From assembly GCA_021432655.1 (NCBI GenBank), contig MU271627.1, positions 1 to 37,999 on the forward strand: a stretch of DNA of 37,999 bases, in the 5' to 3' direction. The DNA comes from Atractiella rhizophila. Taxonomy: Eukaryota. The notes beneath the pieces are model-generated. The model was not told where the DNA came from and searched no databases. It saw only the letters and a program-made list of their open reading frames with translations. Position 1 is the stretch's first letter; every line of letters begins with the position of its first letter. Positions 23,315 to 35,039 of the stretch are shown piece after piece. The position numbers and the translations under genes were made by a program.

Positions 23315-24752
23315 ATGGGAGACTCCCATGACTATATGCTTTGGACCACAGATCCTACGTGCTTCAATCCAGAAGCGACTACAGACATCCAGGTCTCACC
23401 ATATGAATCCCATGCTCATCAGTTTCCAACGCCTCCTCTTTCCAACTGGGAGGATGGATCCTGGTGGCCCCCTTCCGTCCACTTGGATCAATATGGTAAT
23501 CCTCATGCTTCTTTCGATCAATCGGGTGCCGACACTGTACACGGACTGTTGGCACCTTGTCAGTACGCCATGCCAAACCAGGCTGCGCTTCCTGGGATCT
23601 ATAATCCCCCATTCACCCTTCAGTGGAACTACCATTCTGCCAATCCGTATTGCCCCCCTACTTTGGAGGGGCCATTGGAGGCTGAAAATGTTCAAGAGGT
23701 TAGGTCAACATCTCAAACCGCCACCGCTCCGAGCGCTGGTTTGTCGGCCTGCCTTCCCTACAATAGAGAAGATGACATGTTTTTGCAGACGTCCCGACCG
23801 TCAATTATTCCCACACTCCGGAGTCGATCATACTCCCCCCTGCAAACTATCAGGAGATCGTGAGGGACTCTCACTCTCTTGAGGGCCAAGCCGCCAACTT
23901 TGAGCCCCAAGGAAATTTTGGGTACCCATGTAAGTCTTTCTACAATCGCCTGGCAGGTAATTGATTGATTTTCTTGTTGAAGTGAACCATCCGCCTACTT
24001 TTAACGAAGGTGGTACGGTTGCCTACAGAGAGTTAGGCCCGCAACACTCACGAATATGTAGGACATCCGACTGCCGTGGCAAGGTCAAACGGGGATTATG
24101 CCAATGCACACAGGAGCAACAGTACGCAGCATTCCTGGCTGAGGTTTATGATGATCAAGTGGACAAGAAATAGATGATACCTCTCAGATAACGCTTGAGA
24201 CCAGGCCACTTGAGCGACCTTTCATTCTCTATTTTGAAAGGCAGGGAAAAAAGATTTGGATGCGGGAGGAACTCCTGAAACTTGGTCGCAAGCCAGAGGA
24301 AGAACGCTTAGAAGGCCCGGTTACATTCAGTAGTCCTGTATATAGGGTAGTCACTTGCGGCGGAAAGGAATGTTTGCCTTCCGCTAGGAATCAGACGGTG
24401 CGAAACAGTACGGTCAACTTTTTCCATGCTTCCTTTCTGACACGCCGAATAGATTTTCTCAGAGGCCAATTGGGGTGGATTGGTAGGATCCCTTTATCTG
24501 TTTATTGTTACCTCTCAAAGTAACGGTGGTATTTGGTCAAAGGCGACTGTGCGCACAAACCCTCGTTCAAGTTTGAAGGGAAACGACCCTCAGTTATCGT
24601 GTAAGTCAATGCCTTTGTTTTGCTACCTTCAGGTCTCCTTTTCCTTGCTTATCCAGTGATGTAGGTCTCATCTGGTCAATAAAGAACGCTGCACGCTGCA
24701 CAAGACTCATCCCGACCTGGTTCAATTTGCAGAATGGTGTCGCGACCTTTGA
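23315..24752 (+). CDS. Hypothetical protein, paralog 3 of the Cys/His C-terminal-domain family
   Basis: Start MGDSHDYML, Pro/Gln-rich N-terminus, several ~50-nt GT-AG introns that keep the frame. C-terminus LETRPLERPFILYFERQGKKIW...VTFSSPVYRVVTCGGKECLPS...NFLRGQLGWIGDCAHKPSFKFEGKRPSVIVSHLVNKERCTLHKTHPDLVQFAEWCRDL*. Confidence 0.65.
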
Positions 24753-25439
24753 GAAAAGGGACTCTACTTGAACCTCGTCATCTGTCCTGTCTGTCCATCG
24801 CCCGGTCTAATCGTTTCCCTTCATTCTCCATGCCTCCAAAAAGATTCTCATCATTTTCTTGGTCATAGCTGCTGCTGTTTGTCTTCACTGCGTTACTTCA
24901 TGTGTTTTTGTGGCCAATGTGTGCCCCCCCCGTTTGTCTTTCCGACTCTTTCGTGCTTGATAGTACATCGTCGTCTCATTCACTTTCATCGGTTTCACCC
25001 AAATGACCAGCATAACAGTCAGTAACATCACATCATCCTTTGCCTCAGCCTCAGTCACATTTCTGCAGCCCCAGTTGTGCCTTGGGTTTGTTATTTGTCA
25101 AATAAGGTGCAACGTCATTTAAATTCAATCTCAACGACCGCCAATACCGCAAAGACGGAACGGACAGGGTCTGCTGGAACGGCTAGCATAGTGATCGCGA
25201 TCTTTGCCCAATCCAAAGCGAGATCTCGACCAAACAAACACAAGCTCTCACGAAACATGTCTCTCGCATCTTGCTCCTTTCCTCCTCCCAGTGCTTCATC
25301 AAATGCGTTCAACTAGGGCTTTCTCCTGATTGCTTGTTTCCCCCTAACTTAGCAACCCTCATCTTGCTAAATTGTCAGCAAACTCTGTCCAGTCTTTAAT
25401 GCCTGGCTTTGGTTTCTGTCGCATCTAGTCGAAATTGGC

Positions 25440-25730
25440 CTCTCTTTTTGTTGTGGTAGGTGGATGTATTATTGAGTTCAAAGGAGTCACCGGAAGATGA
25501 CTCGCTGTTGTAAGGGCGTGTTATGGAGAAGCGGTGGTCGACGCTGGCTTGATGTGATATTCTTACTTCCTTGTAACGTTGGGAAGAACTGGTGAGCGAT
25601 TACTTGACTCGGGGAAGGTGGGAGTGAATAGGATGTAGCTGTAGCATCCGTGTTCGCCTTAATTCGATTTGTCCAGATCAATTCCAAACGATTTGTAAAT
25701 CGTAATTTATCCCCTCATGCCCTTGTATCG
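25440..25730 (+). pseudogene. Decayed copy of subunit f exons 2-3 and 3' UTR
   Basis: GGATGTATTATTG, GTGTTATGGAGAAGCGGTGGT, GGGAGTGAA, GTAGCATCCG, TTCGATTTGTCCA and AATTTATC match 20280-20600 in order. Frameshifted; exon 1 not seen. Confidence 0.8.
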
Positions 25731-26723
25731 CTCTGTCGTCTCGTAACCATAGAACCTTAGATTGCAGTCCTTGATGGAGGGTCTCAATACGCAAAACTGG
25801 GGGATAGATGGTGGGTTTTTGGAGAGGCCGGACGGGTTAAATCATAGTAACGTATCTTGTTGTGCCCCCGCGACATATTCCCAAGTGGAGTACCCCCATG
25901 GCATCATTTAAGGTTCCCATCATGTGACTATGCGCAAGCCTGCGCAAGCGTAAAGCAGCACTGACCCACCACCTATCCCTCCCTCCACACTCCGTCTTCT
26001 CCTTACTCCCTTCAATTACGCCACAAACAGCTTTCGATGCTCCCTCCGACAACGGGATCGCTTGAAAACCCCGTAAAACTGATCTCATAATGGAAGCTTC
26101 CTTCGACGACGAAATTCGGGAGAGGAACAGGTTTTAGGGTGTCCTTGTCAGCTGGAATAGGTTGTAGCAAGGTGTGTTGTCTCATATTTACGGAGAAAAG
26201 GACGTAATTTCGTTTGAATGGGGGAAAGGAGCTTTTTTGTTGCAACCAGAAAATACTGTTAGAAAATGAAGGAACGGCTGTGGAATGGATGAGAAGGTAT
26301 GTGCTTACGCTTATACTTACTCGAAATTGCTGAATTTGCGTAAAAGCTTTACTTCTCATCGAAATCACTTGAAACGACCAAAAACGGCGACGATGAATAG
26401 ACTTTCCAGTTCAATCCAATAAGCGCCACTTGGATCGAAGTAGAATAGCACAGGGTATAGCTGTAAGCCATTTTACAGCTCGTTCTTTACTAAATCTGCA
26501 TCGGGAACAGCATAACTTACCCTAGCAGCCCTTTCCGACGCCTCCACGACGAGATTGTCCCTTCGCTCCCTCTTTCGCCTCAACTGTCGCCTTACCTTCG
26601 ACTGCCTCACGCTTTTCGCTCGCTTCGATCCCCCCTCGAAGATGTGTGGATGAGTGGTTGATGTGTGACGAAGCTCATTTGCAGAACAGTAGCAACGGAG
26701 GAGTTGACATGGATTTGGAGGAC

Positions 26724-26747
26724 TGGATTGGAGGACTGGATTGGAGG
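26724..26747. repeat. Short 13-bp tandem repeat (GGATTGGAGGACT)
   Basis: ...GGAGGACTGGATTGGAGGACTGGATTGGAGG..., about 2.5 units starting near 26711. Confidence 0.75.
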
Positions 26748-28875
26748 GAGCAACTCATATAGTCATAAAGTGTTCACAGACAAATGAGATAGTGGAAAAC
26801 AATTTCTTTCATTTGCTCTAACTTAAAAGCACAAACAAACATGAGGAGTCAGTCAACTCATAGAGTGAATGAAACTGTTCGACGACGAAGAAAATCCGCT
26901 TGGCCGCACCTGAAGGGAGGAGAGCCATGTACCATTGCTAGTGTTGGACACGGGGAAGAGACGTCAATATGGTGAGAAACGAGCGAACCTGTTCCGACAT
27001 TGGTTAGGACAGGAGAAAGGGACAGAGACGGAGCGGGACATGGAGAAACGTACATACCTCTGACAAACTCACCATACCATATCGTGAGCACATATATGCA
27101 CCTAGCATGGTGCAATCGTTCTGTTAGATGTCAGTGGTGTTAAATTGAGCAGGGATTTGCCACGAACGCTGGAAAGATGAAGGAAAGGGGACGGGAGGAA
27201 GTTGGTGCTATCATTCACACAAGCCTTTTTTCCACTTAACCCGTGCCCAAATGACTGAAAGAGTGCACGAACCGTCTCCTACCAGCCCATAAACACTGAA
27301 AGGATTCATATGCACGACCTAAGTGCTCCCAATGCCGAGCACAACACCTCAATTCGTCATTTGGTCAGAAGCGGAAACGGCGAGGCTCCAGCAGGTTGGG
27401 AGCGTTCGGATTGGGGATTTCGGCGTGAGGCATCATTTGGGGGGGTCGTACTAGAGCTGGGAATGATGCTACAAGCATCTTCAGCATGAAAATGAGGCGA
27501 GGGGAGCGGGACTGACCTGATTTTGGCGGTGATGACAGTGGGGAGGTGCCACTTTGCAAATTTGAGGCGGAATAAAGTCATGTGAGGCGAGGAGGGTTGA
27601 GGTAAGTGTACGAGGGGAACTGGAGAGCATTACGCTGTTTATCGAAGGTCGGAAGAGGTCAAAGTCATCGTCTCTACATTCATGATCAGCTCAGAAACAA
27701 GACAACAAATAAAGGTCAGAGAAATGAAGAACTTACTTCCCCAAGCCTCTTGCACCCACCGAAGGCTCTCAGTCATCGTCCAGATCATCGTCAGCGTCTG
27801 TTGAAGACTTCCACAGGTCATCAAGGAAAGTGGTGGACGCAGGTTGCGCATTGCGCGCAATGCGCGCCCTGCGACCATGGCATCATCTGGGGGGGTCGTA
27901 CTAGGTAAGTGCCCCACGACCTTCCTGCGGACATACAAGTTATCTTTATCCTCTACTGTACACTCAGCTGCTTCAGCCAGTCTGATAACTTCCAAGGTGG
28001 TTCGCCCTTACACAGTTAAATCTGGAGGGTTACTTCACAGATTCACTAGCTCCTTGCCTTCTCAGGCAAGGGGCAACTTTATTCCAACAGTAATTCTCCA
28101 CCTTCGGCGCGGCGAACGAGAATTCTTGGTCGCGCGGAAAAGATGGCACTTGGAATTATGAAACTGGTAGAGTGGGCAAGTCTAGTTGAGGTTTTAGTGC
28201 TCTGTTGTGGTCTGTAAGGACATGTGAAAGCTCAATTGATAGAGAGAAGTAGCGCCAAACAGTGAGAAGAAGGACCGTGCCCACTGATTGGGAAAAAGAT
28301 TTTCCAACTAACCTATTATTGTAAACCTTATGAGTGATCGTCTAAATTCAATCACGTAGCAACTCCGCCATTCATCACCTCACGGACCGAGCCATTGCAT
28401 TTCTGTTTTGCTTTCATCTTCGTTTCCGCCGGCGGAGTCGGAGGTGTCAACACTGGTAGCATTATTTTCATCTTCTGATTGTGTGTTTCGTAACAGAACC
28501 AAGCAGGAGGGAGAAATTCTCAACAAGAGCGATCACAAGAAACAGATGCAGGTCCCTTCCTTCAGAGGGGGTGAGCCGCAAATATGGTTACCTGACTTGA
28601 CAAGGTTCCCTCGTACGAAAGCTTCGCAGACAAAATTGTTTACCAGACCGCTCCTCGTACGAAAGGTAGTGCTCTCGTACGAAAGGTAAATGCAAATATA
28701 TTGGGTGATCCAACCCGCCTTTCTCATACAGAATCTCAACTTCCGATTTCAGCCTCGAGCGCCTCGACACCTTGTTCTGCTCTCCTCCCGAAAGGATTTT
28801 TATAGAAGGGGATATCTCAGGAACTTTTCCTCTGACGGTGTTCATTGCACTTCAGCTCAACTTTTTTGGGGAGCC

Positions 28876-29172
28876 TTCATTCCGACCAACATGGGAGATT
28901 CTCACCTCAACAACTCGCCATGCCCATCCTTTGATCGTGCGTTGGTAGACTTTGAAGAGCCGGTCCCACCACATCCCTTTCACACTCCAAATTCTACCTT
29001 GTCCAGCGCACAATTTACACTTTATAACAAACCTCATCCTCCTCTCGATCTGGTTAACGCTAAGCCAGTCCCAGTGGGCGAATCATGGAATCAAGACCTG
29101 CAACAACCTTTGGCGGAATATCAATGCCCCAGCATCCCAGAAATACAAAGATGCGATGCTGATAGACGCTGA
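28876..29172 (+). pseudogene. Probable 5' remnant of a fourth Cys/His-family paralog
   Basis: TTCATTCCGACCAACATGGGAGATTCTCAC matches TTCAATCCGACCAAGCAGAGGATGGGAGACTCCCAT at ~23293. Both read MGDSH...P.F....H.F.TP. No C-terminal domain before the esterase gene. Confidence 0.45.
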
Positions 29173-29290
29173 CACTATTGAGTCGACATCACGTGGAATG
29201 AACGGCATTCTCTTCACCGATGCCGACCGTGGTCACATAAGTATCCAACAGCAAGACGCACGTTGTAAACTTCCTTTGACTAGAGCGAAC

Positions 29291-31199
29291 ATGGGCACGG
29301 GGAAAGTAGCAAAGGCAGCAGAACAGTCGTTCCACCACGTCTTGTGGTCAGTGACGCCTTTTAAAGAGTTCTATATCCTCGCCTACCTCCTCATCACCAT
29401 ACTCGTCCATGTCCCGCTTTGGGTAATCCAGTACTTCATCCCTTTCTCCGTCGTGGGATATATTTGGAACACTACCTCCGGATGGGTATGTCCCTTGCTT
29501 AAGCACTTTGTCGAATCTGATTTGATCAACACAGCATCCGCGTTATGGTGTGTTGGTGGGACGACCTTTTAAAGATTGGAGTCTGACCCAATATATCATC
29601 GTTCGGTCAGCTTATATCGTTCTTAGATCTCGTTTTTAGCTTATCCAAAGATCCAACAGCTGGTTTAGACACATTACCTTCCTCGTTGTCCACTGTCGCC
29701 TGAAGCTCGAGATAGTCGATAACGTGCGTTTACATTCAATCATTATACTCTTTTCTAACTTAACTTGGTGCAGACTGTCTCACCGAAGGGATTGAAAAAG
29801 AGTACTTTCGTTCTCATCCCTCCAGTTTCTGAAGACAGAATCTCCGGCTTTGTCGCAAAAGGTAAGTTATACCTCACTCACGGTCTTCACTACGTAGACA
29901 TTAAACTCCACTTCTGGTATCAGCCGCAAGGAAGGTCAACGTTCGACCTGCCCCTGTTGGCGCATACTGGTACAAACGGACCGATCCACTTTTGGCTCCG
30001 AGTGCAGAGGACGATTTGGTCGCTCTCAACTTTCACGGCGGAGGGTACGTGTTGGGCGACGCAACTGAGAACGATTTCAATGTCGGTACGTGTATCTCCC
30101 ATTTCATGTTCCGATTTCTGAGAAGAAACAGATATCGTCAATGGAATACTGAAGGTCCGTCCCGTTTTCATGATTAGTATCAGCGGAATGATGGAAGAGC
30201 AGGAAACGAGGATCTCTCGGGTCTTTTGTACACCTTTTTTCTTTCACAGCTCCGCCAGACTGACCGATTGTACGAAATAGCGGTCGATTATCGACTGTCG
30301 ACCGGAACACCTTTTCCCGGTGCTCTGTTGGACGCACTGAGCGCTTATGTATATCTAACAGAGACAGAAGTGCGTCCCCCGTTCTCACTTACTCCCGCTC
30401 ACCGATATCTCCTTTCGACATCCAGAATATCGATCCTTCTCAAATTGTTGTCATGGGAGACTCAGCAGGGGGTTCGTTATGATCCTCCTTCCTATCCTTC
30501 TCTTCAGCTCCTCATTTTGCTGGTCAGGCAATCTCTCACTCGCTCTCCTCCGCCTCATCCGCTCACTCTCCCTCCCCATGCCGGGACACGCCATCTTATT
30601 GTCTCCCTGGGCAGACATCGCCAATTCACACTTTAACCCTGGTTCTCCGTTTCGGAACGCGCGGACCGCGAGGAGAAGGGAAGGGGACGTGTTGAACCCT
30701 AACCTGGGACCGTACAGTGCGTTTCTTTTACCTTAGTGATCAGCGTTTGCATGGCACAACGACAAGGTACAAAGGTACTGATGTTCATGGGTTGTTTTTG
30801 ATGGATGGGTAGCTGTTTACAAGTTCACGGAAGGACACCATCCCTCTATTCTCCAGTCCGCATACCTCTCACCCGCCCTCCTTCCCCTCCCTCAAGGCGA
30901 GGGCGAAGAGAAGGAAGAATCGCCCGAAGTGTCGTTCAAAGGTTTCCCTCGCACGTTTGTGTCGATTGGAGAAGGAGAAGTGCTGCACGACCAGATCCAT
31001 ACCCTTGTGGAGAGGATGAGAGAAGGTGGAGTGGATGTGAGAGAAAGAGTGGAGGAGGGTGGGGTGCATGATTTCGTCGGCTTCAAGTACGTCTTTCATT
31101 CGATTTTGGTGAACCGGCTGACGAGGACATAGGTGGTTTGAACCTCAGAGAGGTTTGGCATTGAAGGCCATTGGAAAGTGGTTGAAAGAGGAGGTTTAG
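29291..31199 (+). CDS. Alpha/beta hydrolase, hormone-sensitive-lipase-like esterase (Abhydrolase_3)
   Basis: Multi-exon. N-terminal hydrophobic segment, FHGGGYVLG oxyanion motif, VDYRLS...FPGALLDALSAY, VMGDSAGGNL nucleophile elbow, LLSPWAD, FPRTFVSIGEGEVLHDQ and GGVHDF. Last exon ends with TAG at 31199. Confidence 0.9.
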
Positions 31200-31595
31200 G
31201 CCTACTGGAGTTCTGTTCCATGGTTGTTTTTCAGGACGGCATTTTTATTCTTCCATCATGTGCTAGAGGCTATTAACGAAGAATTACAGTAGGCCGTAGA
31301 ATTGTAGACACATCCAGATGCATCTGTAGCGTTTTGTTGCTTCATGACTTGTCTGTTCGTATTTTACTATTATGAGAAATGAGATGCATAGAGGGAACTT
31401 GGAGATGTGTTGCAAATTGAATTGCAAAGTTCTCACCGTACATCTCACTCAAACTTACTAATAGCTATTTAATCAGCCTTCCCTTCATATCATCTTGAAG
31501 TTCGACGGACAAACGACCACTCAAGCCAGTCAAGTCCTTGTCGAATTCTTGTCAAAATATAACAAGAGTAGAATTCCCTCCTCCTTCTTTTGAGG

Positions 31596-33466
31596 ATGGA
31601 TCACCGAGCAACGGCTACAAGGTACCTCTTTAAAGAGCGATCTTAATATTGTGCTTTACGCCTCTCTTCAGTGATCGGCTTGACGTCCCTGTCAGCTGTC
31701 AAACGATCCGATTTTCAAGATTACCGCGTTCTGTATTTCTGACTCCAGAATGGAATGCAGGAGTTGATCTCAGCTTCAGCCTGGGATTTACTGCTTTTTT
31801 ACCCCAATATACATTCGAAGTTTACGTCAAGATCGGAAGTGTAACGGTCCACGCAGCAGATGCTCTCTTGGATTTCTCCCTGAGCGATAGTAGCCCCCGA
31901 AAACTTTGGTGCTACATAGTTATCCAAATATCGAATGATCTGGTGATTGAAACGCAGGATATTTCCATCCATACTCTGCCAATGGCCCTGCCGCAGGATG
32001 ATGGAAGCTGGTTCAAATGCGAAGTCAAACCTACGAACGAATATAGCTACTTCTCCATCGTAGACATCTACAAACCTCAGAGCTCGACCAAGACCAAACC
32101 TATCCTCCAGCAGGCCAGTTTTCGGTTAGATGAGGCTGATTTCCCAGACGCAACTGATTTTGGCGTGATCTATCGTTTCGTTCTGCGAGGAGAACGAGAA
32201 CAAAACCATATCCGAGACCTGCCCGATGAGCTGTTGGATCAGATATTCCGGGCAATTTATGAGCATGCCAGCCAATACATGGACGAAGATGAGGACATTC
32301 CAGCCAGCTATGCTCCTGGTGCATCCGAGAAGGCCATCACTGGGCAGATTGCTCGTCTCTTCAATCCCATACGTTCCGTCTGCCGTCAGTGGCACCAAGT
32401 CTCATCGAGATATCAATTGGAGCCAAAAACTTTGGAAGACAAGCAGCGCCTGATGGCAAAATATTCCCACTGTACTTCCCTTTGGACTTCACTTCACTAC
32501 TCCGCGGACGATCTTCGAGCTGGAAGATATTTCCAACCAGTTGCCGATTGCATGCCTCTCCTTAACGAAGTCCGCATTGAGGGCTTTCCTCACGACGAAT
32601 TTGGCAGGACTCCGATCGTCCATTCACTTGCAGCGGCCCCAGTTCTAAAAAGGCTAGCCATCCGGAACATTACAAGAGGTCAAAAGCAGTGGCGTTACGG
32701 TGACATTGTATCTGTTCTGGCAACTAAGTCTTCTCTCGAGGATCTCAGTCTTCAGAATGTTGTCCTAGTGCCTTCAAGATCGCAAAATGGAAGGGCAAAG
32801 GAAACAGGCGAAACAGTCCTCGAAAATTCTCTGGTTCTGGTTAAGTGTGAACTCAGTGATTCATTTGCTAACTTGCTTCACCTTTATTGCCTGAACGTGC
32901 TGACAATTTGGGACTGCTGGCCTGTACCTTTCAAACTGCAGACATTCATTCGCAACGACCTGTTGCCAACTTTAACGCATCTGAGTCTCCGCTTTCTGCC
33001 TTTCAGCGAGAATGACCTAGTTTGCTCACAATGGGAAACCATTTCGATGTTTCGCGTGATCGATTTCATGACGTTCACAAAACTTTGGAGCCTGAAGCTC
33101 GACGGTGGCAGGGAAGATTCTAATTTGATCCCTGTCAACTTTTTCGAACAGCTGATATCTTCCCAACTGATGAACCGTCGAAATTTCGCGGGCAATCTTC
33201 ACATACTGCATATACGATATTGCGAAACGAGCTTTGACAGCGTTGTAAACTTCACGAGGCAATTTTACGACGGGGGTCGACTGAATGAGATGCTCCTGGA
33301 AACCTTTCATGGACAATGGGATATTCAACAGGTTGAGGAGCTTGTGTCCGCGTACAAAGAAAGGTACCTGGAATACCTAGGGTGGGAGAAAACTTATATG
33401 AGCTTCCGGATGCTTGAAGCGGGAGAAAGGCTCTTCCCCCTGAAAGAAAAGGTAGTCATCGACTGA
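31596..33466 (+). CDS. F-box protein with N-terminal extension and LRR-like C-terminal region
   Basis: Short exon 31596-31621 plus exon 31672-33466 (605-aa ORF). F-box HIRDLPDELLDQIF...IRSVCRQWHQV followed by LxxLxL units (LKRLAI, LEDLSL, LTHLSL, LWSLKL, LHILHI). Confidence 0.8.
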
Positions 33467-33851
33467 GAGCAGATACGAAAATCTGATGCAGGAATCAAAT
33501 CACTGATTTTCAAGCTCTCCATTGCGCTTGTTTCACAAGACCAATCACAGCAGTGGTGCCATACCAGAATCCATAAGCCTTCAACACCTTCTGCCCTAAG
33601 GTTATCCGCTGACGGGATCCTCATGACTGTTGAAAGACAACGGTGGCCCAACCGAATGACTGACCGGTTGATACCGTACAGAAACATCGGAAAGCGCCGC
33701 TTAGCCATTAACTCAGCTCATGAGAGAGAACTGATCGAGCCTCTCGTAAGCTGGCGGTAGCGGTCGAGATAATCGCAGGATGCACCTTAACGGAGGGGCG
33801 GTTGTCGTGGAGGAGGGCTCGGTTCTTGCGGTCGACATTCTATTGTGGAAG

Positions 33852-33858
33852 TATAAAA
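33852..33858 (+). promoter_or_regulatory. TATA box of the small secreted protein gene
   Basis: TATAAAA about 110 bp upstream of the ATG at 33970. Confidence 0.55.
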
Positions 33859-33969
33859 GTGCTCCATGAAAACACTATCGAGTCCCCATTGCTCAAGCTT
33901 TCCCAGAATCCTAACTCGTACGCTCAGCTTTTCTGTTACAAATGACGTTCTCTGATCACCAGAACAAGC

Positions 33970-34361
33970 ATGAAGTCAACCGCCTCCTTCGCTCTTCTTC
34001 CTTGGCTCATTGTTCAGGTGGCAGCGAAAGCACAGCTCCTCTGGTTCAGCGGGGACAACTGCACGGGCAGCGTTTCCTCTGTTCAAGGACTGCCAGCTGG
34101 GACCTGTGTCAATGCTCCAGAGGGGAGTTGGCGCTCATACCACACATACTTTGGTATGTCCTGGAAAGCGCAGGTAGCGTTGACAGACTTATTTAATGTT
34201 TAGACGGCGTCACTACCTGCATGTCGCAACACGCTACAACAGGTTGCTTCATCTTCACTGGATCTAGTTCATACACTACAAACGGAAGCTGTATCAATTT
34301 CGTGACTGGAGAAGGAGTTGGAGTGAGATCTGTGAAGAGAGAGCACAGTGGGGCTTGCTAA
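33970..34361 (+). CDS. Small secreted cysteine-rich protein (113 aa, 6 Cys)
   Basis: Exons 33970-34153 and 34204-34361 (GTATG...TAG intron). Signal peptide MKSTASFALLPWLIVQVAAKA, then QLLWFSGDNCTG...AGTCVN...TTCMSQHATTGCF...GSCINF...VRSVKREHSGAC*. Confidence 0.8.
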
Positions 34362-35039
34362 ATTCTAGTTGGTAAAGCATGCATCAGTCTTATGTAATGT
34401 TCCTTCCACGGTAACAAGTCACACAATGGCGTTGCTCTGAGTACATAGGTTTTTTTACCTGCAAAGTAGCCAAGAAACAAACACCGCAGCTATCAACAGG
34501 AAACTGCTCTCCGCTCTCACTTCGCGGGCCTTGGGTAATTCCACAGAAAAACACTGGAAAGGACTGGAATGCTTTCAAACCAAAATTGAAACAAAGCTGC
34601 GGAACGGATCAGGCCATCCATATAAGCATGACAGGACTTAAGGGCTTTGCAGTCTTGAGATAGAAGGCCGTTTCGAACAAGGACTCACCAAATGAGGTTC
34701 CCATAATATACCCCAGAATAAAGATCCTACTCTGGTGTCTCCCATTTGCTCCATTCCCTTCCATCGCGACTTTCGACAACCAAGAACCAACACACGTTAG
34801 TTAGGAGACTGAATAATTGGGAGAAGGCTGTTGTAGACGTGGGATGAGGATGAAGATGCCGGAGTAAGAAGATAATGGAGCGGCTCGTTGATGGATTGAG
34901 TATTGAATATTTGAAGACCGTATTTCCTTTGCAATGTGGAGTTGCTCAGTAACACTTAACTTGAAGTGAAAGGCTGTGAGAATGCGCAGAAACTACTTTG
35001 TCTCGTCTTCCCTGGTATGGCGTGGATACAAGCATACAT

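Noticed and set aside
25040..25400. Minus-strand 65-aa helical-looking ORF (25115-25312)
   Set aside because: No ATG start, closed by a stop and no family recognised. It may be a gene relic but cannot be supported.
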